A stretch of 64,000 nucleotides of DNA from the IMG/VR virus record IMGVR_UViG_3300018472_000401, positions 1 through 64,000 of that record, one strand, 5' to 3'. This document shows, one piece after another, positions 1-8,700 of this stretch (position 1 is the stretch's first letter; each line of letters begins with the position of its first letter). The translations under genes and the position numbers were made by a program. Origin of the DNA: a virus (lineage: Duplodnaviria > Caudoviricetes). The notes under the pieces are model-generated. The model was given only the letters and a program-made list of their open reading frames with translations. It searched no databases and was not told the DNA's origin.

Positions 1-1203
1 ATGGCACGAACAAAATTATACCTCGATACAAGGGCGGTTAAGGACGGAAAGCCAGCACCGCTCAAAGTTGCGATAAACAAGAAGTCGGCAACGGCTCTCA
101 TTTCGCTGAATGTCTTTCTGCTCCCGAACCAGTGGGACAAAAAGGCAGGGAAAGTCGTGAACCACCCCAACAGGCTCTTCCTGAATAACTACATTGCCAA
201 GCGGCATATTGACATTGACACGCTCCTCCTTAAATTGATAGAGAGTGGCGAAATAGCCAATATGAGCGCACTTGACATCAAGAACCATATAGTTTACCAG
301 TTGTCCCCCGAAAGGCAGGAGGACGGCAAGGAAAGGCTGTTTACGCACCGTTTCTTGAAGTTTGCGGAAACCAAAAAGGAAAGCACCCGTATTGTGTATA
401 TGAACACGTACAAGCGGATGCACCAGTTCTGCGCTGACCTCGACAAACTCACATTCGAGGACATCACACGGGAATGGCTGACTGCCTACGACACCTATTT
501 GAGCGAAACATCGCCCTCACGGAACGCCCGGAACGTGCATTTCAGGAATATCCGAGCCGTATTCAATGAGGCAATAGACGATGGCGTGACAAAGGCGTAC
601 CCGTTCAGGCGTTTCAAAATTCGCCCGGTCGCCACGATGAAACGCTCATTCTCCGTTAAACAACTCCGGGAACTCTTCAACGCCCCGACAGACGAACATA
701 CGGAAAAGGCTCTCGACATCTTCAAGTTGATTTTCCTGCTTATCGGAATCAACATCATAGACCTGTGCAAGCTGCGTACTATAAACAATGGCAGGGTTGA
801 GTTTTACCGCTCAAAGACCAACCGCCTATACTCTATAAAGGTTGAGCCGGAGGCAATGGAAATCATCAACAAGTACAAGGGGACGGAACACCTGATAGAC
901 ATCCTCGACCAGCACAAGAACCACCGTTCATATACCGGGATATTGAACAAGACACTTAAAGAGGTCGGCACACTGGCGAATGACGAAAGCAGCAAGCCCG
1001 TCTTTCCCCAACTGACGACTTATTGGGCTAGGCACTCGTGGGCGACCATAGCCGCCTCCCTCGAAATACCTAAAGAAACGATTGCGGCTGCGCTGGGGCA
1101 CGGCGGCAATACCGTGACGGACATTTACATTGATTTCGACCGCAAAAAGGTTGATGAAGCCAACAGGCGAGTGATAGATTGGGTGTTATACGGGAAATTA
1201 TAG
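1..1203 (+). CDS. int: Tyrosine recombinase / phage integrase
   Basis: N-terminal arm-binding-like domain, SAM-like core, catalytic motifs RSKT, RHSWAT, LGH and IY near the C-terminus. Confidence 0.95.
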   Translation: MARTKLYLDTRAVKDGKPAPLKVAINKKSATALISLNVFLLPNQWDKKAGKVVNHPNRLFLNNYIAKRHIDIDTLLLKLIESGEIANMSALDIKNHIVYQLSPERQEDGKERLFTHRFLKFAETKKESTRIVYMNTYKRMHQFCADLDKLTFEDITREWLTAYDTYLSETSPSRNARNVHFRNIRAVFNEAIDDGVTKAYPFRRFKIRPVATMKRSFSVKQLRELFNAPTDEHTEKALDIFKLIFLLIGINIIDLCKLRTINNGRVEFYRSKTNRLYSIKVEPEAMEIINKYKGTEHLIDILDQHKNHRSYTGILNKTLKEVGTLANDESSKPVFPQLTTYWARHSWATIAASLEIPKETIAAALGHGGNTVTDIYIDFDRKKVDEANRRVIDWVLYGKL

Positions 1204-1290
1204 TTATTTTCTCCGAATTTTGAGCGAGAGCAACGAACTTTCCTTATTTGATAAAGTCCTTGCCCGAATAATTTTCGTTGGCGAGAGGCA

Positions 1291-1366
1291 ATAAAAACGC
1301 CCGGCAAGAGTAGCCAAGCCGGGCGAACATGAAGATTGCGTATCACTACGCAAGCTCCACAACAAC
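1291..1366 (-). ncRNA. Candidate trans-acting phage sRNA (~76 nt)
   Basis: TATCTTTG -7 box at 1378-1371; single-stranded 5' end GTTGTTGTGGAGC; perfect 7-bp hairpin TTGCGTA-GTGA-TACGCAA (GNRA loop); GC-rich terminator plus U-tract; no ORF; seed complementary to five phage start-codon regions. Confidence 0.65.
1298..1325 (-). terminator. Intrinsic terminator for the lysis operon/sRNA, possibly bidirectional
   Basis: CGCCCGGC...GCCGGGCG stem followed on the minus strand by TTTTTAT. Confidence 0.8.
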
Positions 1367-1370
1367 GGTG

Positions 1371-1378
1371 CAAAGATA
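1371..1378 (-). promoter_or_regulatory. Bacteroidetes -7 promoter element (TAnnTTTG)
   Basis: Minus strand TATCTTTGCA; ATTG 18 nt upstream as a -33-like box. Confidence 0.6.
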
Positions 1379-1408
1379 GCGAAATTATCCCGTTTTCAAT
1401 ACTAATAC

Positions 1409-1909
1409 CTAAATAAATCTTCGTATAAGGCTGCGCATCGGCTTCCTGAATACATAAACCAACAACAGCAATATGGCTACAACCGAATAGGGAAACCAGT
1501 TGATGCAGGTTTTCTCCCACCGGGTTAGACTGCGCTCTACCGGGACAGGGACTTCAACGTACCTATCTACATACGCAATGCTGTCCCTGCGCTCAATCTC
1601 CTTATTAACTGGCACTGGCTTCTTTTGCGGCTTCGTTTTGAGGTCGTGGAAGAGTGAGCCATCGGGATTGATTTTGGCATCGGAAACGGCAAAGTCATTT
1701 TCGAGGTGGCTTGTGCTGTCCCGTGTAGTCCTTTCGGCTGTTTGTGCAGGTATCTCGATATACGTTGTGTCATGCACAAACACTTTCTCGTACTTGACCT
1801 CGACATTGCTGTTGGTCGTTTCCTGAATTGTCGTTGTAGGCAATTTTCTTTGTGTCCCACAACCGTACAGCAAGCAGGACACGGCTAAAATAAAAATCAG
1901 ATTTTTCAT
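1409..1909 (-). CDS. Lipoprotein with C-terminal TM helix; probable spanin-like lysis protein
   Basis: Lipobox LYGC after a signal peptide, C-terminal hydrophobic helix, directly downstream of the endolysin. Confidence 0.6.
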   Translation of the reverse strand: MKNLIFILAVSCLLYGCGTQRKLPTTTIQETTNSNVEVKYEKVFVHDTTYIEIPAQTAERTTRDSTSHLENDFAVSDAKINPDGSLFHDLKTKPQKKPVPVNKEIERRDSIAYVDRYVEVPVPVERSLTRWEKTCINWFPYSVVAILLLLVYVFRKPMRSLIRRFI

Positions 1910-2496
1910 ACTCCTATGTATTTGATGATACCCTCAACGTGAAGTTTCACGATTGCCTGTCTGCCCTCCTGCGATTGGAGGAAAGCGACATCATCCTTAT
2001 TGTCCTGAAAGAAGTTTTCAGTCAAGACTGCAGGGCATCGTGTCTTTGTCAGTATATAGAAATTCTCTTCCCAGTCGGGGTCTTTGTCCGACCAGTCGCT
2101 GCGTATCTTTGTGCCAGCCGGAAGATGCTCTGCAGCCGCTTCATAGAGGCAGGATGCGAGGGTGTCGGCTTTTGTGTTGCCCTTGCTCGTGTAGGCACTC
2201 CAGCCCCTTGCGTTCATCCAATCCCCGTTCCCGGCTGCATTGCAGTGAACGGAAATGAGGATTACATTGGACGCTCCCAGTTTGCCGCAGAACTCGTTTA
2301 CACGCCTTGCCCGTTCCGCAAGCGGAACATCTACCGTTTCATGCACGATACGTTCAGCATCGTAGCCTTTCAATCTCAATTCACGCTCTATCGCCTCCGC
2401 TATTTCACGGGCGTACAGGTATTCACGGAACTCTCCATCGGGGCTTCTCTTGCCCTTTGTGTTCTCTCCGTGTCCGTTGTCAATTAGAATTTTCAT
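1906..2496 (-). CDS. Endolysin, N-acetylmuramoyl-L-alanine amidase (Amidase_3-like)
   Basis: DNGHG, E, SVHCNA and LTEN zinc-amidase motifs. Confidence 0.92.
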   Translation of the reverse strand: MKILIDNGHGENTKGKRSPDGEFREYLYAREIAEAIERELRLKGYDAERIVHETVDVPLAERARRVNEFCGKLGASNVILISVHCNAAGNGDWMNARGWSAYTSKGNTKADTLASCLYEAAAEHLPAGTKIRSDWSDKDPDWEENFYILTKTRCPAVLTENFFQDNKDDVAFLQSQEGRQAIVKLHVEGIIKYIGV

Positions 2497-2499
2497 ATA

Positions 2500-3105
2500 T
2501 CATTCAGTTAATCTGTGATAAAAATCAAGTTTTATTCTGCTATATACCGCCTCCACGTTGGTAAAGGCACGGGCGTTATTCTGCTCTGAATACACCTCTT
2601 TCTCCACGACCTCCGCAACCCAATCAATCCATTCCGGGGAAGTATAGTGGGTCAGAGTATTGCCACGATACCTGGTGCTGTCAAAACGGCTGTTCCTGTC
2701 TTCGTGGAGATTGCAGAGCAAAGTCCTGATTTTAGCCTTGGTCGCCTCCTTGTCTGCAATATGGTTTTCCTCACGTACCTTTTTGATAATGCGGCAGACT
2801 TTCTCCGTGGATAGGTCGAAGCAGGTATTGGATATGTTCTTTATCTGTAACAAGGTTGATGGACGCAAGCCGTCCGCAATCTCGTTCAGGACATCGTTCT
2901 GTGCATCGGTTTTGGTCAGAAGTGCGCTCATAGTTGCGGAATTGTTCTTAATCACGTTATCCATGATACTTTTGAACCAGCGGAATAAGGCTACCCACAT
3001 TCCAAGAGACAATACTATAAAGGATGCACCAATAATAATCAGTACGCCAAGGTCGCTTATGCCTTTTGCAACCTCTAACGTCCCTTGCACTTCATTCATA
3101 GCCAT
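2500..3105 (-). CDS. Membrane protein of the lysis cassette (holin/antiholin-like)
   Basis: One N-terminal TM helix; lies between the small holin-like gene and the amidase. Confidence 0.45.
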   Translation of the reverse strand: MAMNEVQGTLEVAKGISDLGVLIIIGASFIVLSLGMWVALFRWFKSIMDNVIKNNSATMSALLTKTDAQNDVLNEIADGLRPSTLLQIKNISNTCFDLSTEKVCRIIKKVREENHIADKEATKAKIRTLLCNLHEDRNSRFDSTRYRGNTLTHYTSPEWIDWVAEVVEKEVYSEQNNARAFTNVEAVYSRIKLDFYHRLTE

Positions 3106-3326
3106 CTAACCGCTAAACGTCCGACAATCGCTCCGGCTACGGTCAGTCCGAAGTCTATCCAATCCCATTCGCAGCCGTGCGCCTTGTCTTTGTATTCAAG
3201 GCTTGCCGCTGATAGGACAGAAGCGTAGAGGGCGCAGTAATCAGAGCCTGAAAAAGCCCCGATTGCTGCACCTCCCACGATATGCTTCCACCTATTACTT
3301 GTTTTGAGCCAATTTAATATCTTCAT
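3096..3326 (-). CDS. Small membrane protein, holin candidate
   Basis: 76 aa, 2-3 hydrophobic segments, first gene of the lysis operon. Confidence 0.45.
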   Translation of the reverse strand: MKILNWLKTSNRWKHIVGGAAIGAFSGSDYCALYASVLSAASLEYKDKAHGCEWDWIDFGLTVAGAIVGRLAVRWL

Positions 3327-3347
3327 ACATTTATGTTTTAATCCAGA

Positions 3348-3382
3348 TGCAAAGGTACTAAAATACGCTTACAATATAAGCA
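3348..3382 (-). promoter_or_regulatory. Late promoter of the lysis operon with palindromic box A
   Basis: TACCTTTGCA at 3357-3348; CGCTTACAATATAAGCA at 3366-3382. Confidence 0.6.
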
Positions 3383-3437
3383 CTATGAGGCTTTTACTTT
3401 TCGTAAATGGTGAATTTATACAGGTTTCACAGGTTTA

Positions 3438-3932
3438 TCACAAGAGTTTATTCAGTTTGTATAGTTCCAAATCAAACGCATTTTTCCTCTTCCATCCTGC
3501 TTCCAGCGTCTCTTGTACATATCGAATAGCACTCATATAGAAGTCCGTCAGCTCTTCAAGCGTATCAAACACCCGATACACTGGCTGTTCATCCGTACCG
3601 AACTTGAACGTGACCGGAAGCGTTGCACCGCTGGTCTGCACGGCAAGGTCGTATGTCGCTTTATAATTGAACTGATTCTCTGAGGATAGCCACACCAGGT
3701 TGCCCTCATACTCGAAGCCAGACAGGATTGCTTGGTCTGTCTGTCTGTTGTACCACACGATGACGATTGCTTTTATCTCCTCATCCGTAGGCTTGTGGTC
3801 AAACTCCTCCTCCATGTAGTCAGCAGAGTCATCCTCATGTTCCTGCACGTCCCAGCGTATGCGCCACTTGTCTTTCTTGGGGTTCACGCACTCTATGGGC
3901 AATACCCCTTTGTTTCCTGTTACTCTTCTCAT
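3438..3932 (-). CDS. Conserved Bacteroides phage protein (DUF4376-like); true start MRRVTG at 3932
   Basis: WLSSENQFNYKA...TFKFGTDE motif; starts 1 nt after the RT stop codon. Confidence 0.6.
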   Translation of the reverse strand: MRRVTGNKGVLPIECVNPKKDKWRIRWDVQEHEDDSADYMEEEFDHKPTDEEIKAIVIVWYNRQTDQAILSGFEYEGNLVWLSSENQFNYKATYDLAVQTSGATLPVTFKFGTDEQPVYRVFDTLEELTDFYMSAIRYVQETLEAGWKRKNAFDLELYKLNKLL

Positions 3933-3933
3933 A

Positions 3934-5361
3934 TCAAGTAAAAATATATTTTGTTTCACCTTTCTTCCCGTACATTTCCGCTTTGATTGTGGTTGTGAAC
4001 GGGAACTTATCCATTTCACGGATTTGCTCCAGTATAGACCACATTTCCTTGGATGCCGTGAAAAGCTTCTTTTCCACTCCGTCCACCTTAATGCGCACGA
4101 CATATCTGCCGTGTGGCTTTTCGATGTCCTCCGGGTTGATTACCCCTGCCGGGACTTTGCCGTTGTTCGCTGCGAGGGCGGCATTATAGACCGCTTTTGC
4201 CTCCGCAACTTTCTTCTCGTACTCCTCCCTCTCGAAACGGGGGACGATGCCAGTTTCAAAGTCCACCACCTCGATAGGGATGTTTACCAACTCACGGACG
4301 GACACGCTCATTCCCTTGAAACGCTTTTTGCCGTCCTCAAACTTGGGCTTGATGCCCAAACTCTTAAAATCATTCATCTTGATACCAGTTAAACGATAAA
4401 ACAAATTGTGGCAGTTTGCGTGCTTGCACTGCCCGTATAGGGAGGCAATTATCTCCTGCCGTCTTTTCTTACTCTTCACCTTGTGCAGCTTCCGGGCTGC
4501 ATTTTGCTTGTTGCGCTTTCTCAACCGGGTATGGGTTGGGTAGATAACATATCCGAGGAAGTCGATGCCCTCCGTAACCGGGAACACACGTTCATTCCCT
4601 TTCACTTGCAACATCATCAGCCCGGCTCTTTCGTGTACCATGTCCCGGAACTTCCAGCACTCCTTTTTGGTGCTTGAATGTCCGTCCCCATCATCGCAGT
4701 AACGGTAAAAGTGCTTGTAGCCCATTTGGTCTTTGATGTAGTGGTCAAGGAACATACTCAACAACATATTTCCAAAGCCCTGCGATGAGCGTAGCCCAAT
4801 GGATAAGCCGTTAGGCATCATCCTCACGAAACGCTCCAGCATCGTAAGCAGCACCTTGTCTTTGAACATTCTACGCAGGGCATACATCATAAAGTCTTGG
4901 TTCACGCTCTCGTAGAACTTTTTGATGTCGAACTTGTAGGCATACTTCATTGCCTCCGGGTGTTCCTGCAAGTCCCTACGGATAAAATTCAGTAGGTCGT
5001 GCATCCCTCTGCGCTTAATTGATGCCGCTGTGGTGCGGATATACCGCTTGAAAATTTTGTCCTCCACAACCGCCATGATAGCGTTACAGCCAATCCGCTC
5101 TATCAAAGACACGGACTGAACCCTGCGGACTTTTGGACCATCGGTGACAAGCATTTCACGATAGCCGGACAAGCAGAACGTGCCAGTCCGTATTTGCTCC
5201 TGCAACCTCTTTATCACCTCGTCCTGATGCGCCATAATCCAGCGACCGACATGGTTTTTCTTCCGTTTCCTGCCTCTCATTACGACATGGAGAGAGTTAT
5301 AGATGTTGCTGTATTCGCAAATCTCCTCTATGATGTTACTTGTCTTTCCTAATCTTCTCAT
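3934..5361 (-). CDS. DGR reverse transcriptase with a long C-terminal extension
   Basis: DIKKFYES, GLSIGLRSSQ (DGR-type SQ motif), YRYCDD, GIDFLGY; adjacent TR/VR pair. Confidence 0.95.
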   Translation of the reverse strand: MRRLGKTSNIIEEICEYSNIYNSLHVVMRGRKRKKNHVGRWIMAHQDEVIKRLQEQIRTGTFCLSGYREMLVTDGPKVRRVQSVSLIERIGCNAIMAVVEDKIFKRYIRTTAASIKRRGMHDLLNFIRRDLQEHPEAMKYAYKFDIKKFYESVNQDFMMYALRRMFKDKVLLTMLERFVRMMPNGLSIGLRSSQGFGNMLLSMFLDHYIKDQMGYKHFYRYCDDGDGHSSTKKECWKFRDMVHERAGLMMLQVKGNERVFPVTEGIDFLGYVIYPTHTRLRKRNKQNAARKLHKVKSKKRRQEIIASLYGQCKHANCHNLFYRLTGIKMNDFKSLGIKPKFEDGKKRFKGMSVSVRELVNIPIEVVDFETGIVPRFEREEYEKKVAEAKAVYNAALAANNGKVPAGVINPEDIEKPHGRYVVRIKVDGVEKKLFTASKEMWSILEQIREMDKFPFTTTIKAEMYGKKGETKYIFT

Positions 5362-5572
5362 TTTACTTTTTTGCCTTCAATTTTTCGGGGTCTGACTTCT
5401 TCGGCTGACATAAGTCCCTACCAAACTCCACCCCACGCTTTCTTTTCCAGTTTTCCGTGATTACTCACGCTGTTACTGAGGCTCATTCCCACAGGCTCCA
5501 CGTTGGGGACACGTCCCCGTTGTTGTACGCCTGAATACTTTTGAGGCATAACGCTTCTATTTCTTATTGTTT

Positions 5573-5684
5573 GCAAGCCGAGAACCAATGTTCGTGTTCG
5601 TGTTCGATGAATCGTTGTTCGTGTTCGCATACGCAACACCGCCATTCGCATTCGCATTGTTGTTCGACCGATACACCACACGGT
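5573..5684 (-). repeat. DGR template repeat (TR), 112 nt
   Basis: AAC/AAT-rich (11 Asn codons in the VR frame); differs from VR1 and VR2 only at minus-strand adenines. Confidence 0.97.
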
Positions 5685-5720
5685 GTCTTTGGGAAATCCA
5701 CCTTTGTTTTTCAAATGGAG

Positions 5721-5746
5721 GGAGGTCGAACAACAAGGTCGCCTCC
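5721..5746 (-). other. Imperfect GC-rich hairpin 3' of the VR1 gene
   Basis: GGAGGCGA-N9-TCGACCTCC on the minus strand. Confidence 0.4.
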
Positions 5747-5781
5747 GCTCCCGATTTTACGCTTTTTCGCTCCGCTTTCGC

Positions 5782-8700
5782 TTACGCTATTTCGACAATC
5801 GCTTTGAACGCTGCAACGCTCTTCGCAATGACGATTTTTCCACGGAAGGCAAGCCGAGAACCAATGTGCGTGCTCGTGAACGATGAATCGCTGTACGTGC
5901 TCGCACACGCAACACCGCCATACGCATTCGCAACGCTGTCCGACCGATACACCACACGGTTGATATAGCCTGAAACATAGTTATCATCGAAATAGTAACT
6001 TGATGTAGAGCCTCCAGCCCTTGCAACCCAAACGTCCATGTGCCGACCGTTCACTACATTCATCGGGTATCTATCACCGCCCGTAGTATCACCTTTCAGT
6101 TTGCGGATAGAGCCGTCCGGCATAGTGATGTGCATAGAGTAGTCCACCACGCCCTCGTTGAACGTGTCATTTATCCACTCTGCCTTATTGCCGTACCAGT
6201 TCTCATAACCCAATACATTAGGGGACTGAATGTTTTTCTTCGCTCCGTCCACCATGATGTATGCCGTTTTCTCTTCGTGGTTATCGGGGTTAGCGAAAGT
6301 GTCAGTCATTCCTGCCTCGTTGGTAAGTCCCGTAGCACGACCATTCGTGTTTGAACCATAGCCGCAAGTACCTTGGCTATCAGCCTTGCCGTATTTGGCG
6401 TAGAACAGGTTGCAGACATCCTTGTGCATTTCCCAATCGACAAGCTGAAATCCGTTTCCACGGTTCTTCGCATATTGCTTGAAATCCGGCTGCGTTATGC
6501 TTGCGGAAGATTGTACGTCACTTATAGAGCGCAACATATCATCACGTAACAACGCTTCATATACACCTGTAAGACACTCAACGTGTTCGCACCAATCAGG
6601 CTCAATCGCTTCTATATCCTCCGACTTGGTAAGCAGAACGTAGTCAAACGGGGCGTTGTTTACTACCGAGAATGCAAGTTTTACGGCATTTGCCGGAATC
6701 GCATTGAAAAGGTACATTCCGTTGATTATGCCGCTGTCCGAAGTGGCTTTCATGCGCTCTATGATGTTACCCTCCGAATCAAGGAACAACGCACCGTAAA
6801 CAGCCGAAACAAGTCCGGGGAAACGCACCTGCTTGTAGCCCCTAACATCTACCGTGTAGTAACTATTTTGCGATACTTGTGTTTCCGCTTCTGCCAGCGT
6901 GTTGTAATCAACCTGAATGCGTACCGCATAACCTGGCTTCACCTCCAAATCATCCTGCATCAACTTGATGCTTTCTGCCTTTGTCGGTTCGTTTTCAAGA
7001 GAACTGAAAATGCGGTACTTTGCTTTGTTCAAGAAGTCGTTCACACCCTTGTACCAGTAGTGAGGCTCAAACATCCATACATCGCCCTCCGCACCAGTAA
7101 GAATGGCAGGGGTAGCCAAGTTCACGCTCACGGCATCGTTATAATAACTTGAATGCTTGTCGTGCAGCCTACAGATGGTTTCCTCACCGTTGGCGGTTTT
7201 CTTTCCGAGGCAGCGGTAACGCTTTGACAAGATTTTTGCTACGTGACCGCTGTACTCAAACTCATTATCGTAGTCGTACCCGGTCTTGTTGTCGAGGTTG
7301 CTAAAGCCCGTGCCGTCAGTGATATGTTCAAGGTGCTTAATCACGGTGTACTCCGGCTGGCTAATTTGCAATTCCGGGAAATGCTCCTGCATCTGCGCAA
7401 AGGTCGCATCGTCAATGTAAGTGGTAAGCTGACATTTTCCGACAAGGCGGCAGGTCGGGGTGTTACCTCCGTTCTCGTCCACACCGCCAATCTTCATAAG
7501 CCGATTGAGCAACGTGCCATCGTCTTTCATATCCACGCCAGTAACACGCAGGTACTTCACGTTTTGGCACTTATTGAACAGGGCTATCCAGTCGATAGAG
7601 GCGCAATCATCCACCACGAGGCGGTCGATGTTGTCCGTACCCTCCAGTTGCAGCCCGTCATTGGTCAGGCGGTTAAGGCTGACAAGTTCCAGCGTTTGCA
7701 GCGTGGCAGGAAGTACGACCGACATAAGGGGCGCACCCTTGGCGAATGACACGCTTTTGAGGGCTGTGTTCCCGGCTGAAAGCACCTCCAGTTTTGCATT
7801 GCCCGAAAGGTCTATGTTCGTGAAACTTTCGGAAAGCAAGCCGTTCATCGTGAGGCTCTGCAAACTTTTACAATTCGTAACAATCAGCGCATTGAGCGTT
7901 TTCTGCGTTGAGCCGCAACTTACGTTCAGCGACCTCAATGCCGTGCAGTTGTTCAGGTTAAGGGTCTGCAAGATTGCGTGGGACACATTCGTCAGGTCAA
8001 GGTCTCTGATACGGCTTGCCCCGTAGAAGTTCTGTGGGTCGTTCACAATCAAGTCCGTGCTGATAGTCAGTTCCACTTTTGAACCCTCATTTTCCGCAAG
8101 CACCGCACTTTGCGTAGGTGTACCGTTGGTGTAGCCATAGCCGAAGTAGTACCGCTCGCTGGCAGTGATTTTCACCTTACGGGGCGACTGGCTGAACTTG
8201 TAGCCGAAGTAGCAAGCGAAGCTATCCGCACGGTAAGTACCAGCCACATACTGCGCATCCATGAGCGCAAAGCGGTTTTTAATGGTATAGAGGCGGTGGG
8301 CATAGCGGTTTCCCTGCAAGGCATACAGGTAGTCGTAGTACTTCACGCCCTCCGTTGTGCTTACACCCTCCGTCAGAGGCTGGATGTACTTGAAATAGCC
8401 GTCCTTGTTATAGACACGCTCCGACCAGTTACCCATCTGCGTAACATTGAACATCGTAAGCACCTCCTCCGTACTCATGTTAGAGCGGATAATGCCAGCG
8501 ACCTCAATCAACTTGTCTTTCATTGCGGTGCGCACCAGTTCCCACAAGAGGCTATCGTGTCCGGCAAAAGCGTATGAGCCAGTGGAGTTGTCGAAAGTCT
8601 CGTGCGTGATGATATACGTGTACGCAAGCACGGAATCATTACGGCTACCGAGGATTGTATCAGCATCGTAAGGCAGGAAATACCATGTCAGACCGTCCCA

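Noticed and set aside
1201-1216. TAGTTATTTTCTCCGA as another repressor operator
   Set aside because: Matches only the ends of the 16-mer; too degenerate
3934-5361. RT as a group II intron, retron or Abi RT
   Set aside because: SQ motif plus the TR/VR pair; no intron domain V or msr-msd seen
5573-5684. TR/VR repeats as a CRISPR array or simple duplication
   Set aside because: No repeat-spacer periodicity; the adenine-only mismatches identify a DGR. I saw no CRISPR array anywhere in the window.
5418-5968. ORFs over TR/VR1 in other frames or strands (5418-5714, 5567-5968, 5711-5908, 5787-6026)
   Set aside because: Shadow ORFs produced by the stop-poor AAC repeat; no independent coding signal
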